Both the position numbers and the translations under genes were made by a program. A model generated the notes under the pieces. The model searched no databases. It saw nothing but the letters and a program-made list of their open reading frames with translations, and had not been told where the DNA came from. Positions 30,184 to 39,607 of a stretch of 64,000 nt of DNA are shown one piece after another (the stretch's first letter is position 1; every line of letters starts with the position of its first letter). Origin of the DNA: an uncultured Candidatus Saccharibacteria bacterium (GTDB lineage Bacteria > Patescibacteriota > Minisyncoccia > Phycocordibacterales > UBA9973); assembly GCA_964412965.1 (NCBI GenBank), contig CAYPQU010000002.1:26004-90003 (forward strand), in the 5' to 3' direction.

Positions 30184-31485
30184 ATGCGAAAGTTCATACT
30201 ACTCTTCACTATAATAGCGATAATTTTTAGTTTTATACCAGATATCTCTGTGGCTTTAACAGCTAGAGAAGTCCAGGAACAAATTAAAAAAACAAATGAA
30301 CAAATAGCACAAATAGAAAAAGAAATTGAAGTCTTGTCCAAACAAATTGTCGAAACTTCTTTAGAAAAAAATACTCTGGCCAATGCAATAAAAGAATTAA
30401 ACTTTAAAAGAAATCAGCTAATCAAAGAGCGAGAGGCAATACAAAAGAAAATAAATGCAACAGGCTTGGTTATACAAAGCATTGATAGTGATATCAGTGA
30501 AAAAGAAAAATCCTTAACTATATCGAGGCTTGCTTTGGCAAATTCCTTAAGAAAATTATACCAAAATGACAACACTTTGTTTTTTGAAAGATTATTATCA
30601 GGAGAAAAACTTTCTGATTTTAGTAGAGAATATAATAATCTTTTAGCAATCAACCAAGAAGTAAAAAACAAAATATTTGAAATATTAGACAAAAAAGAAA
30701 AACTACTTGCCTCTAAAAACGAAAAAGAGCTAGAAAGACAAAACCTCAATAATCTTAAAAAAAATCTAAGCCAGCAAGAGAAGGTTATCTCATCTAATCA
30801 ACAAGAAAAAAATATTCTACTCAAGGAAACTCAAAACAAAGAAAGTAATTATCAAAAATTGTTATCGGAGCAAATCAAAAGGAAAGAATCTTTTGAGCGA
30901 GAGATGGCAGATTATGAAACCCAACTTAAGCTTCTAATAAATCCTAAATTTTTACCAAAAGAAGGGTCAGAAGTATTGTCCTGGCCTCTTAAGTCTATTT
31001 TTATAACATCACCTTTTGGGGTACGAGTAAATCCTTTTAATTCGGCTATTAACACCTATCACTACGGAGTTGATTTTAGGGCAACTTCAGGAACTTCTGT
31101 TTTTGCAATGGCTGGAGGAGTTGTCGAGGGAACAGGAAATACTGATGTCGCTTGCCAGGGCGCTTCTTTTGGTAAATGGATTCTCATTAAACACACAAAT
31201 GGATTGTCTAGCTCTTATGGGCATCTTTCTAATATTTCTGTACAAAAGGGGGATATAATTAAGACGGGTGATGTGATTGGTCTTTCTGGTGGCACTCGAG
31301 GAATTTTTGGCTCTGGATCATCTACTGGCCCACATTTGCACATCTCGGTTTATGCTTCAGATGGAGTAGAGGTGGCTTCATTTGAAAGCAAGGGATGCCC
31401 TGGAAAAATATTAGTGCAGCCTAGAATAACGAGAGCTAATGCTCACCTTAATCCAATACTTTATTTGCCCAAAAAGACTCCATAA
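30184..31485 (+). CDS. Coiled-coil M23 family peptidase (EnvC/MepM-like)
   Basis: Signal peptide, long coiled coil, HYGVDF, YGHLS, STGPHLH. Confidence 0.92.
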   Translation: MRKFILLFTIIAIIFSFIPDISVALTAREVQEQIKKTNEQIAQIEKEIEVLSKQIVETSLEKNTLANAIKELNFKRNQLIKEREAIQKKINATGLVIQSIDSDISEKEKSLTISRLALANSLRKLYQNDNTLFFERLLSGEKLSDFSREYNNLLAINQEVKNKIFEILDKKEKLLASKNEKELERQNLNNLKKNLSQQEKVISSNQQEKNILLKETQNKESNYQKLLSEQIKRKESFEREMADYETQLKLLINPKFLPKEGSEVLSWPLKSIFITSPFGVRVNPFNSAINTYHYGVDFRATSGTSVFAMAGGVVEGTGNTDVACQGASFGKWILIKHTNGLSSSYGHLSNISVQKGDIIKTGDVIGLSGGTRGIFGSGSSTGPHLHISVYASDGVEVASFESKGCPGKILVQPRITRANAHLNPILYLPKKTP

Positions 31486-31531
31486 TAATAAAAAAGTAGA
31501 TTATTTTTATTAAAATGTTAAAATATAATAT

Positions 31532-31867
31532 ATGGAAAACGAATCAAAAAAACCAAGGGTACAGATACGTTTAGGTGGGTTGATTGTTATTATCATTCTT
31601 GCTCTCATTTTATTTAAAGTCGATATCAAAACTAAAATAGAATCCGAACAGTTTCAAAAAAATATTTCTTATATAACAGATAAATCAATGGAAATATGGG
31701 AAAAGTATATTTCAGGTCCTTTTAAATCTAAGACAGGTGACTTTGTTAAAGATTTAGCTAGTCAGGGTTTAGATAAAATTCAAGAATCCGTAAACGAAAA
31801 AGCAGACAGTTTACTAGACACAAAAAATATACAGAAAAGCTTTAATAAAATAACAGAGGAAGAGTAG
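31532..31867 (+). CDS. Hypothetical single-TM protein
   Basis: 111 aa ORF with N-terminal TM helix and own -10 box. Confidence 0.7.
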   Translation: MENESKKPRVQIRLGGLIVIIILALILFKVDIKTKIESEQFQKNISYITDKSMEIWEKYISGPFKSKTGDFVKDLASQGLDKIQESVNEKADSLLDTKNIQKSFNKITEEE

Positions 31868-31875
31868 AAAAAAAT

Positions 31876-33618
31876 ATGGAAAAAACACCTCGGTTTATAA
31901 AAGAATTTTCTAAAGAAAAATCACATCAAGAACGCGAACAAACAGCACGAGACATTAAAGAAAAACGTGTGGAATATTTTGTAGGAAAAAAAGATCTATC
32001 AGAAAGGCAAACCAGGTTACAAGAATCTATCGAAAATCAAGAACTAATTTTAAAGGAAAGACTAAAAAATATTGATAATCTTAATGATCAGATTTCTGAA
32101 ATTACGAACTCAGGACTTACTAAAATTTTAAATTATTTTAAACTAAAAAAGCTACAAGCAGATCTTGTTGTTGGTCAAAAAACTTATGAGGAATTAAAAC
32201 AACAACAGGACTTAGATAAAACAGAGCAACTATCTCTTTCTGAAAAACTAGAAGATGAAAAGAATCCTTTGGTAATGCAAGAATCTAAAAAAATATTAGA
32301 CAATTTTTACCAAAATCAAAAAGAAAAGTGGGTACAAAAAGAATACTCAAAAGAAGATATTGCTAAATATTTTTCTGAGGAGCACTTGTCGTCTCTATCT
32401 TTAGAAGACTATGTTTTGTTACTAAAAAGATTCCCTCGTGAAATGGTAGCTCACGTTACAAGGCAAGGAGTTCGAGATCATATTGGTATGATGTATCATA
32501 CTGCAGGAGAAGGTGAATATGCCGAGGGTTTCTTAAAAATGGTTGAAGATGGAAGATTGCGTTCACCACTCGGTGTTTATCTAACGGAGAACGAGAAGGA
32601 AAAAGCGATCACCAGATTTCTTCGTCTAGATAATTTTGAGAATAAAGATGAGGCCTTAGGTCATCTTGCTACTTTAACAGATGTCCAGCAGTACGAAAGC
32701 GGAAGTTATGCGGACAGAATGGCAATTCATTTTGCCACCGAAGAAGTTGCAGATAGTTATTATGGTTCCGAAAAAGGAAACGAAATTTTTATAGCATATC
32801 CTTCTGCTTTTATCGCATCGCAATATTATTTTAACGGACAGTTAAAAGAGGGTAATAGTGGTTATTGGAACGACCAATGGATTTGGGCCAACGAAGAACA
32901 CGGAATTGATTTAAATGCAGGGTTGATTTTTATTCCGGAAGAAGCAAGAGTTGATAAAAACACAGGTTCTCGTTACGAACTCGATGAAAACAAAAATCCA
33001 ATCAAAAATTTAGAATATTTAAACATCTTAAGAAAAGTCTTTGCCTCTGATGATTTTGATGACTTTGCTAAGCAGGTTATGGAAATAACTGGAAAATTAA
33101 GCAAAAAAGACGAACAAAATTTACTACCAAGCGAGCTAGAACTATTTAATAAGCTAGAACCATTTCGTCAAAAACTGGAAAACAATTATGGAATAAAAGA
33201 TCGACGACTCCAAAATTCAATTTTTGATTATCACACACTATTGTCTCTTACAGGTCTAAAAAATGAACCTGTAAGTACTCACAGTCCTGAATCGGTTATA
33301 GAAGAATCATTAGAAAAATCGGGTATTTTGTTTACTGAAGCAAAAAATACTATTAGCTCAAAACAATTCTGGGAAGAATACTTTGCTAAAAACCAAAGTA
33401 AGCGCCCTTCGAAAATTATCTACTATAAAGGGGAAGACCCCACTGGAGCTCTTAGGCAGTGGAGGAAAGAACAAGGTATTGATAAAACAACAAAAGATGA
33501 GAATTTAGGTTTTTCTGAGAGGAGCATTAGCCGGGATGCTCCCCAAGCTGTTGCAGGTCTAAGCCGTTTTAAAAATTTGGCGGAAAAAATAATCGAGGAT
33601 TACTTTGCGAAAAAATAA
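31876..33618 (+). CDS. Hypothetical protein: N-terminal coiled coil plus possible ADP-ribosyltransferase-like domain
   Basis: 580 aa ORF; AHVTRQG...MVEDGRLRS...IHFA...YYG; fold guess is weak. Confidence 0.6.
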   Translation: MEKTPRFIKEFSKEKSHQEREQTARDIKEKRVEYFVGKKDLSERQTRLQESIENQELILKERLKNIDNLNDQISEITNSGLTKILNYFKLKKLQADLVVGQKTYEELKQQQDLDKTEQLSLSEKLEDEKNPLVMQESKKILDNFYQNQKEKWVQKEYSKEDIAKYFSEEHLSSLSLEDYVLLLKRFPREMVAHVTRQGVRDHIGMMYHTAGEGEYAEGFLKMVEDGRLRSPLGVYLTENEKEKAITRFLRLDNFENKDEALGHLATLTDVQQYESGSYADRMAIHFATEEVADSYYGSEKGNEIFIAYPSAFIASQYYFNGQLKEGNSGYWNDQWIWANEEHGIDLNAGLIFIPEEARVDKNTGSRYELDENKNPIKNLEYLNILRKVFASDDFDDFAKQVMEITGKLSKKDEQNLLPSELELFNKLEPFRQKLENNYGIKDRRLQNSIFDYHTLLSLTGLKNEPVSTHSPESVIEESLEKSGILFTEAKNTISSKQFWEEYFAKNQSKRPSKIIYYKGEDPTGALRQWRKEQGIDKTTKDENLGFSERSISRDAPQAVAGLSRFKNLAEKIIEDYFAKK

Positions 33619-33844
33619 AGTTTGCTTTCTCTCGGACAAAAAATAAAAAACCTTTCGGCTTTTATTTTTGTGCCCGAGGTGGGAACGCTTCGCTTATCGC
33701 CGACTACATCGGCAGGTACTTTTCCACCTCGCTTCGCTCGTACGGAAAAGTCTTTCGATTCCCGCACAAAAGCAAAGCAGTTTGCTTTCTCTCGGACAAA
33801 AATAAAAAGCCTTTCGGCTTTTATTTTTGTGCCCGAGGTGGGAA
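33619..33844. repeat. Direct repeat (33619-33685 and 33779-33844) of the tRNA-Leu 3' end plus downstream hairpin, around a 93 bp fold-back insert
   Basis: agtttgctttctctcggacaaaa...tgcccgaggtgggaa occurs twice with 1-2 differences. Confidence 0.9.
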
Positions 33845-33911
33845 TCGAACCCACATCCCTTGCGAGACACGATTTTAAGTCGTGCGCGTATACCTATTCC
33901 GCCACTCGGGC
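33830..33911 (-). tRNA. tRNA-Leu(UAA)
   Basis: Minus strand GCCCGAG/CTCGGGC acceptor stem, anticodon loop CT-TAA-AA, long variable arm, GGTTCGATTCC; CCA not encoded. Confidence 0.96.
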
Positions 33912-34028
33912 AAACAAAACATATAATATATTTTAAACAGCCGTTTGCCCTCGCGTCGGCCTCCTCCTTTCAGTCGGATAAAACATGAAGCAGTTCATCT
34001 TTTATCCACTCGGGCAAACAAAACATAT
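33902..34028. repeat. 23 bp direct repeat (33902-33924 and 34006-34028) of the tRNA-Leu 5' end plus leader, around a hairpin insert
   Basis: ccactcgggcaaacaaaacatat occurs twice; insert IRs gtttgccc/gggcaaac and ggataaaa/ttttatcc. Confidence 0.88.
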
Positions 34029-34140
34029 TAAATGTTTTTAATAACAAAAGGTATTATAGCATAAAGATTTTTAAATAGGAATATTAGTTTTTATTTTTTA
34101 AATTTCTCAAAAGGCTTATTTTTTGATATAATCGACTCAT

Positions 34141-35556
34141 ATGTCAAAGGAATACTACACTACAATAGGACTCGAAATACACGCAGAATTAAAGACTAAT
34201 TCTAAGATGTTTTGCGGTTGCAAAAACAACCCCGATGAAAAAACTCCAAATACTAACATCTGTCCTGTTTGTATGGCTCAACCTGGAACTTTACCTGTTA
34301 TAAATGCCGAAGCTGTTAAAAGTGTAGTCAAAGTTGGACTAGCTCTTGGAGCAAAAATTGCAGATTTTACAGAATTTGATCGTAAAAATTATTTTTATCC
34401 AGATATTCCAAAATCTTATCAGATTTCCCAATATAAATATCCGATTGTTTCTGGCGGGGAATTAAATGGGGTAAAAATTACTCGAGTACACCTTGAAGAA
34501 GACACAGCCACCTCAAAACACGATCGAGGAGATTTTTCTCTTATCGATTTTAATCGTGCCGGGGTTCCTTTAATGGAATTAGTAACAGAACCCGTCATTC
34601 ATAGCGCCAAAGAAGCTGGAGATTTTGGAAGAGAGCTACAATTACTTCTTCGATACTTAGGTGTTTCAGAGGCTAATATGGAAAAAGGTCAAATGAGAGT
34701 TGAATTAAATATTTCCGTGTCTGATGTTCCAAATAAATTTGGAACTAAGGTTGAAGTTAAAAATATCAACTCTTTTAAAGCCGTAGAAAAAGCAGCTGAG
34801 TACGAAACCAAGAGAATGATCGAGCTAATAGAATCTGGGGGAAAAAATAAAATAGTTCAAGAAACAAGAGGCTGGGACGAAACTAAGCAAGCTACGTTTT
34901 CTCAAAGAGTAAAAGAAAATGCAAATGATTATAGATATTTTCCAGATCCCGACTTACCTAAACTTTTCTTGTCAGAAATATTTAATTTAGAAGAACTGAG
35001 AAAAAACCTTCCTGAACTTCCTCAAGCTAAAAGAATTCGCTATGGAAATGATTATGGAATAAAAGAAGAAGATATTGAAAGTTATATTATTGATCAGGAG
35101 TTAGGAAACTGGTTTGAAAAAGTTTGTTCAATTCTTAAAGATAAAGAGAAAATTAAAACCGCTTCTAACTATATAACTTCTGATTTATTGGGTCTTAAAA
35201 AAATAAACCCTGATATAAAAATCCCTAGTGAAAATAATTTTGCTGAATTAATCCAAATGATCTCTGACAATAAAATTTCTTCAAGGGCTGCAAAAGACAT
35301 ACTGGCAATGATCGCCACAGAAGACGCGTCACCAATGAAAATAGCTGAAGAAAAAGATTTGCTTCAAAAAAATGACGAGGGGGCACTGAAGGAAATCATC
35401 CAAAAAATAATTGATAATAACAAAGAAGTGGTCGAAACTTACAAAGCAGGAAAAGAAAATGCAATCATGTCTTTGGTCGGACAAGTCATGAAGGAAACAA
35501 AAGGTAGCGCTAACCCTCAATTGGCCTTAAAATTATTAAAAGAATTATTATCATAA
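34141..35556 (+). CDS. gatB: Asp/Glu-tRNA amidotransferase subunit B
   Basis: IGLEIHAEL, FDRKNYFYPD, RVHLEED, DYRYFPDPDLP. Confidence 0.98.
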   Translation: MSKEYYTTIGLEIHAELKTNSKMFCGCKNNPDEKTPNTNICPVCMAQPGTLPVINAEAVKSVVKVGLALGAKIADFTEFDRKNYFYPDIPKSYQISQYKYPIVSGGELNGVKITRVHLEEDTATSKHDRGDFSLIDFNRAGVPLMELVTEPVIHSAKEAGDFGRELQLLLRYLGVSEANMEKGQMRVELNISVSDVPNKFGTKVEVKNINSFKAVEKAAEYETKRMIELIESGGKNKIVQETRGWDETKQATFSQRVKENANDYRYFPDPDLPKLFLSEIFNLEELRKNLPELPQAKRIRYGNDYGIKEEDIESYIIDQELGNWFEKVCSILKDKEKIKTASNYITSDLLGLKKINPDIKIPSENNFAELIQMISDNKISSRAAKDILAMIATEDASPMKIAEEKDLLQKNDEGALKEIIQKIIDNNKEVVETYKAGKENAIMSLVGQVMKETKGSANPQLALKLLKELLS

Positions 35557-35584
35557 ATTTTAGTAGTCCGACTACTAAAATTTA
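35554..35584. repeat. REP-like palindrome 1
   Basis: taaattttagtagtc-C-gactactaaaattta, 15 bp perfect arms. Confidence 0.92.
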
Positions 35585-36208
35585 AAATTCTACTTCTTCT
35601 TTTCTCTTTATGGTTTCAAGCCAAAGTGATTTTGCTGTTTTATAATAATCCTCTTTGTTTTTAAAATTACTTAAAACTATTGTTTTGTTACATATTCCCA
35701 CTGAGTCATTAGTATATTCGCACAGACTAGATTTACTAAAATCAGAAATAGTTTTAAGATTTTTATCTAAGTTATTAAAATTAACATATGCACTTAATTG
35801 TATTAAATATCTTTCGTCTTCTATTTGTTTTGATTTAAATTTTCCTTGAAAAAGCACACCAGATCTATCGTATTTTTCATTAAAATATCTAGTATAGCCA
35901 CCTATTCTCTGCATAAATTTTTCTATTCCATTATCTACAAGAGGGGATAAAATAAGATGAAAATGATTCTTGTTAATACAATATGCTATTATGGCTACTA
36001 AAGGTTTTTTAGTAGTCCGACTACTAAATTTTAACTTTTTCTTAAGATGTTGCTGAAAAATACTTTGTATTGGTTCTACTGTATTAAATTCTAATAAACT
36101 CAGAAAAAATCTATTGAGATCTTCTTTATCTATAATGATATCTCTTTTATCAGAACCTCTGTTATAAATATGATAATATTGTCCTATTTCAAATATATGA
36201 TTTCTCAT
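35582..36208 (-). mobile_element. REP-associated tyrosine transposase (RAYT; IS200-like HUH Y1)
   Basis: YYHIYNRG, AYCINKNHFHL (HUH), YFNEKY.RSGVLFQGKFK, YVNFN; flanked by palindromes. Confidence 0.9.
36008..36028. repeat. REP-like palindrome 2, inside the RAYT coding sequence
   Basis: tttagtagtc-C-gactactaaa; encodes FSSRTTK. Confidence 0.9.
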
Positions 36209-36232
36209 ATATATAATCATACCATACTTTTA

Positions 36233-36259
36233 AATTTTAGTAGTCGGACTACTAAAATT
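36233..36259. repeat. REP-like palindrome 3, opposite orientation
   Basis: aattttagtagtc-G-gactactaaaatt. Confidence 0.92.
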
Positions 36260-36326
36260 ATGGTTTTATTTTAAAATAAAATAATGATACAATAAAATAT
36301 ATAATTTTTAAAAAGATATTTATATT

Positions 36327-37373
36327 ATGTACAAAAAAATTCGTGTTGCAATAAATGGTTTTGGAAGAATTGGTCGTGCGTTCTTAAAACTCTCATGGGA
36401 AAGAGGGGATTTAGAAGTAGTTGCCATCAACGACCTAGGAACTATCGATAGTCTTTCATACCTTCTAAAATACGATACAGTCTATGGCAAGTGGAATCAT
36501 GATATAAAAATAGAAAAAGGAGCTGAAGGAGAAAAATCTTATATCATTATAGATGGTAAAAAAATACAATATATTCAAGAAAAAGATACAACCAAACTTC
36601 CTTGGAAAGAATTAGGAATAGATGTCGTAGTAGAATCTACTGGTGCATTCACTTCTTATGACAAATCGAAATTCCACCTAGATTGTGGAGCAAAGAAAGT
36701 TGTAATTTCTGCACCTTCAAAGGGCGCTGATAGTACAGTAAAAGGTGAGACAATATTGCTTGGAGTAAATGAAGACAAATTTGGTACTTGCGATATTACA
36801 TCTAACGCTTCATGTACTACAAATGCAGCGTCTCCTCTTATCGCCATTCTTCATGAAGCAATCGGAGTAGAGAAGGCAATATTGAACACTGTCCATGGAT
36901 ACACTGCGACTCAAGCTCTCGTAGATGGCCCTAGCAAGAAGGATTTAAGAGAAGGCCGTGCAGCAGCCGAGAATATTATTCCAAGCTCTACAGGAGCAGC
37001 CATAGCGGTTACAGAGGCCTTTCCAGTGCTCAAAGGGCTATTTGACGGTATTTCTATCCGTGTGCCAGTCCCAGCTGGGTCTATAGTTGATATTACTTTT
37101 ATAGCAAAAAGAGATACTACAAAAGAAGAGGTGAACGAGATATTGAAAAAAGCATCTAATGACCCACGATGGGAAAATTTATTTACTGCCACAAATGAAC
37201 CAATCGTATCATCCGATATCCTTGCGGAAAAATATGCTTGTATTGCTGACTTAGAAATGACTAGAGTTGTCGGAGGAAATTTGGTAAAAGTTCTTGGGTG
37301 GTATGACAATGAAATGGGGTACACTTACACTCTATTAGACCATGTTGTCAAAACTGGAAAAACTATAAAATAA
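36327..37373 (+). CDS. gap: Glyceraldehyde-3-phosphate dehydrogenase, type I
   Basis: INGFGRIGR, SNASCTTN, WYDNE. Confidence 0.98.
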   Translation: MYKKIRVAINGFGRIGRAFLKLSWERGDLEVVAINDLGTIDSLSYLLKYDTVYGKWNHDIKIEKGAEGEKSYIIIDGKKIQYIQEKDTTKLPWKELGIDVVVESTGAFTSYDKSKFHLDCGAKKVVISAPSKGADSTVKGETILLGVNEDKFGTCDITSNASCTTNAASPLIAILHEAIGVEKAILNTVHGYTATQALVDGPSKKDLREGRAAAENIIPSSTGAAIAVTEAFPVLKGLFDGISIRVPVPAGSIVDITFIAKRDTTKEEVNEILKKASNDPRWENLFTATNEPIVSSDILAEKYACIADLEMTRVVGGNLVKVLGWYDNEMGYTYTLLDHVVKTGKTIK

Positions 37374-37434
37374 AATTTTACAAAAAAATAACATCATAAT
37401 GCTTGGTATTATTTTTTTGTGCTATAATAAATAT

Positions 37435-37890
37435 ATGAAAATTTTTATTGGATCAGATCATGCTGGGTTTGAGCTTAAGGAAAAAATAAAAGAATATCTT
37501 ATGAATGAGAATTGGCAAGTAGAAGACAGGGGTGCTTTTGTTTTGGACAACAACGATGATTATCCTAATTTTATAAAATTAGTAGCCGAAGCCGTATCTT
37601 TGGATAAAGATTCTTTTGGAATAGTGCTTGGTGGAAGTGGGCAAGGTGAACAAATAGTTGCTAATAAAATAGATGGTATTCGAGCAATTGAATATTATGG
37701 CGGAAATTTAGAAATAATCAAACTCGGAAGAGAACATAATAATGCAAACATTCTTTCTTTGGGAGCTCGTTTTATAGACGAGAAGGAAGCATTTGATGCA
37801 GTGAAAATATTTTTAAAAACCAAATTCTCTGAAGAAGAAAGACACAGCAGAAGATTAAAAAAAATTACAAAAATAGAAGAAAATAATTAA
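37435..37890 (+). CDS. rpiB: RpiB/LacAB family sugar-phosphate isomerase
   Basis: IGSDHAGFELK, DDYP, GGSGQGE, REHNNAN, RHSRR. Confidence 0.92.
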   Translation: MKIFIGSDHAGFELKEKIKEYLMNENWQVEDRGAFVLDNNDDYPNFIKLVAEAVSLDKDSFGIVLGGSGQGEQIVANKIDGIRAIEYYGGNLEIIKLGREHNNANILSLGARFIDEKEAFDAVKIFLKTKFSEEERHSRRLKKITKIEENN

Positions 37891-37891
37891 A

Positions 37892-38581
37892 ATGATAGAA
37901 GTAATACCTGCAATTTTAGTAAAAAATTTTGATGAGCTAAAAGAAAAATTAGCTATTTATAAAAATATCTCTAAATTAGTTCAAGTAGATGTTTGTGATG
38001 GGGTTTTTGTAGACACCATCTCGTGGCCTATGAGTAAAAATGACGCTGAAAGCCTTTCTGTTATTTTAGACGAAGAAGAAGGTATGCCTTATTGGACAGA
38101 AATAGATTTTGAATTTGATCTAATGATTAAAAATGCTCATGAACAATTTGATGTTTTTATTCAACTAGGCGCCAAAAGAATTGTTTTTCATCTAGAAGCT
38201 GAAGAAGAAGAAACGTTTAGAGATTTTTTAGAATCTATTGATCCATACACTAGAGATAACGTAGAAATTGGCCTAGCTATCAACACAACTACCAACACAG
38301 AAAAATTAGATAAATTTATAAACTACATTGATTTTATACAATGTATGGGAATTGAAAATATAGGCTTACAAGGACAACCTTTTGATTCCAGGGTTTTAAA
38401 TCAAATATCTACTATCCATAAAAAATATCCAGAAATGCCAATTAGTATTGATGGTAGCGTCAACGAAGAAACAGCAGAAAGTCTTGTAGACAAAGGAGCT
38501 TCAAGGCTTGTAATAGGATCAGCACTTTTGAAAACCTATAACATTAAAAATAAAATATTGGAATTTGAAAACCTGGCTTAA
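37892..38581 (+). CDS. rpe: Ribulose-phosphate 3-epimerase-like
   Basis: PAIL, QVDVCDGVFV, GLQGQPF, IDGSVN, VIGSAL. Confidence 0.88.
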   Translation: MIEVIPAILVKNFDELKEKLAIYKNISKLVQVDVCDGVFVDTISWPMSKNDAESLSVILDEEEGMPYWTEIDFEFDLMIKNAHEQFDVFIQLGAKRIVFHLEAEEEETFRDFLESIDPYTRDNVEIGLAINTTTNTEKLDKFINYIDFIQCMGIENIGLQGQPFDSRVLNQISTIHKKYPEMPISIDGSVNEETAESLVDKGASRLVIGSALLKTYNIKNKILEFENLA

Positions 38582-39531
38582 GTGTTCAATATTAACTCTG
38601 TACAGACAAAAAGCCCCCAAAAGAAAACAAGAAGAACTGCTTCGCTTCGTGTCAAACTCTTTCCCGTTCTCATTAAATAGAACAAAAGAAAAGCTGCTGC
38701 GACCATAAATAAACCGGCAACATAGACTATTTTTTGAGGAAAAGCAAATGGGTTTATCAAAGCTAACAAGCCTATAACAATAGTAGCATCTGCCAAGACC
38801 GTACCAAGGACATCTCCTATAGCCAAAGAATCTTGATTATTCTTAACAGCAGAGAGACAGAAAAAAAGTTCCGGCATAGTTGTTCCTAATCCTATAAAAA
38901 ATAGGCCGATTATGACTTTGTTTATATTCAACATAATTGCTATTTCTACACCTGAACTGACTATAAAATGAGATCCCAGCAAAAGAAGTATTAGAGATAA
39001 AATCAAGAACAAAAAATCTAGTTTATTTGTGTTGTCTTTTTGTGGCACAGGCTTACTATTACCCATTGACAATCTTTTGTTTTTTTGATCATTTTTAAAA
39101 GATAAAATATAAAATATAACCCCGGATAATATCAGAGCCAGACCTTCTATCCTAGAGTAAAAACCATCTACCCCTAGAGCAATAGGAATAAGGAGAATAA
39201 AAGGATATATTACTGTATCTTTAAGAATATGGCTCTCTATTTTTAAAGACCTTCTAGCATACAAAACTGTTATCGCAAATATCAAGGTAAGGTCAGCAAA
39301 ATTAGAACCAAAAATAGTCCCTAACCCCATAGATGGGACGTTTTGAATTGCCGAATTTATTACTACCAAGGTTTCTGGGATTATTCCTATAACTGCAACA
39401 ATAAAAAAACCGACGATGTACTTAGATAAATTAAAAGATGATGCTATCTTAGAAGAATATTTAATAGCAAGCGTAGAACCTTTAATAATAAAAAACAAAG
39501 ATACAAAAAAAATAAACAAATTTTCTATCAT
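38578..39531 (-). CDS. Ca2+/Na+ antiporter (CaCA/YrbG family)
   Basis: About 10 TM helices; alpha repeats IIPE..GSNFAD and GTTMPE..IGDVLG. Confidence 0.88.
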   Translation of the reverse strand: MIENLFIFFVSLFFIIKGSTLAIKYSSKIASSFNLSKYIVGFFIVAVIGIIPETLVVINSAIQNVPSMGLGTIFGSNFADLTLIFAITVLYARRSLKIESHILKDTVIYPFILLIPIALGVDGFYSRIEGLALILSGVIFYILSFKNDQKNKRLSMGNSKPVPQKDNTNKLDFLFLILSLILLLLGSHFIVSSGVEIAIMLNINKVIIGLFFIGLGTTMPELFFCLSAVKNNQDSLAIGDVLGTVLADATIVIGLLALINPFAFPQKIVYVAGLFMVAAAFLLFYLMRTGKSLTRSEAVLLVFFWGLFVCTELILNT

Positions 39532-39607
39532 ATGAAACTATTATACTAAACTAATTTCTTTTGACAAATTCTAGTTTTTTATATTTATTTTTGTTAAAAT
39601 ATAATTA

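Noticed and set aside
33600-33936. ORF-track ORFs 33600-33854 (-) and 33622-33936 (+)
   Set aside because: They overlap tRNA-Leu and its repeats; their internal peptide repeats just mirror the DNA duplication
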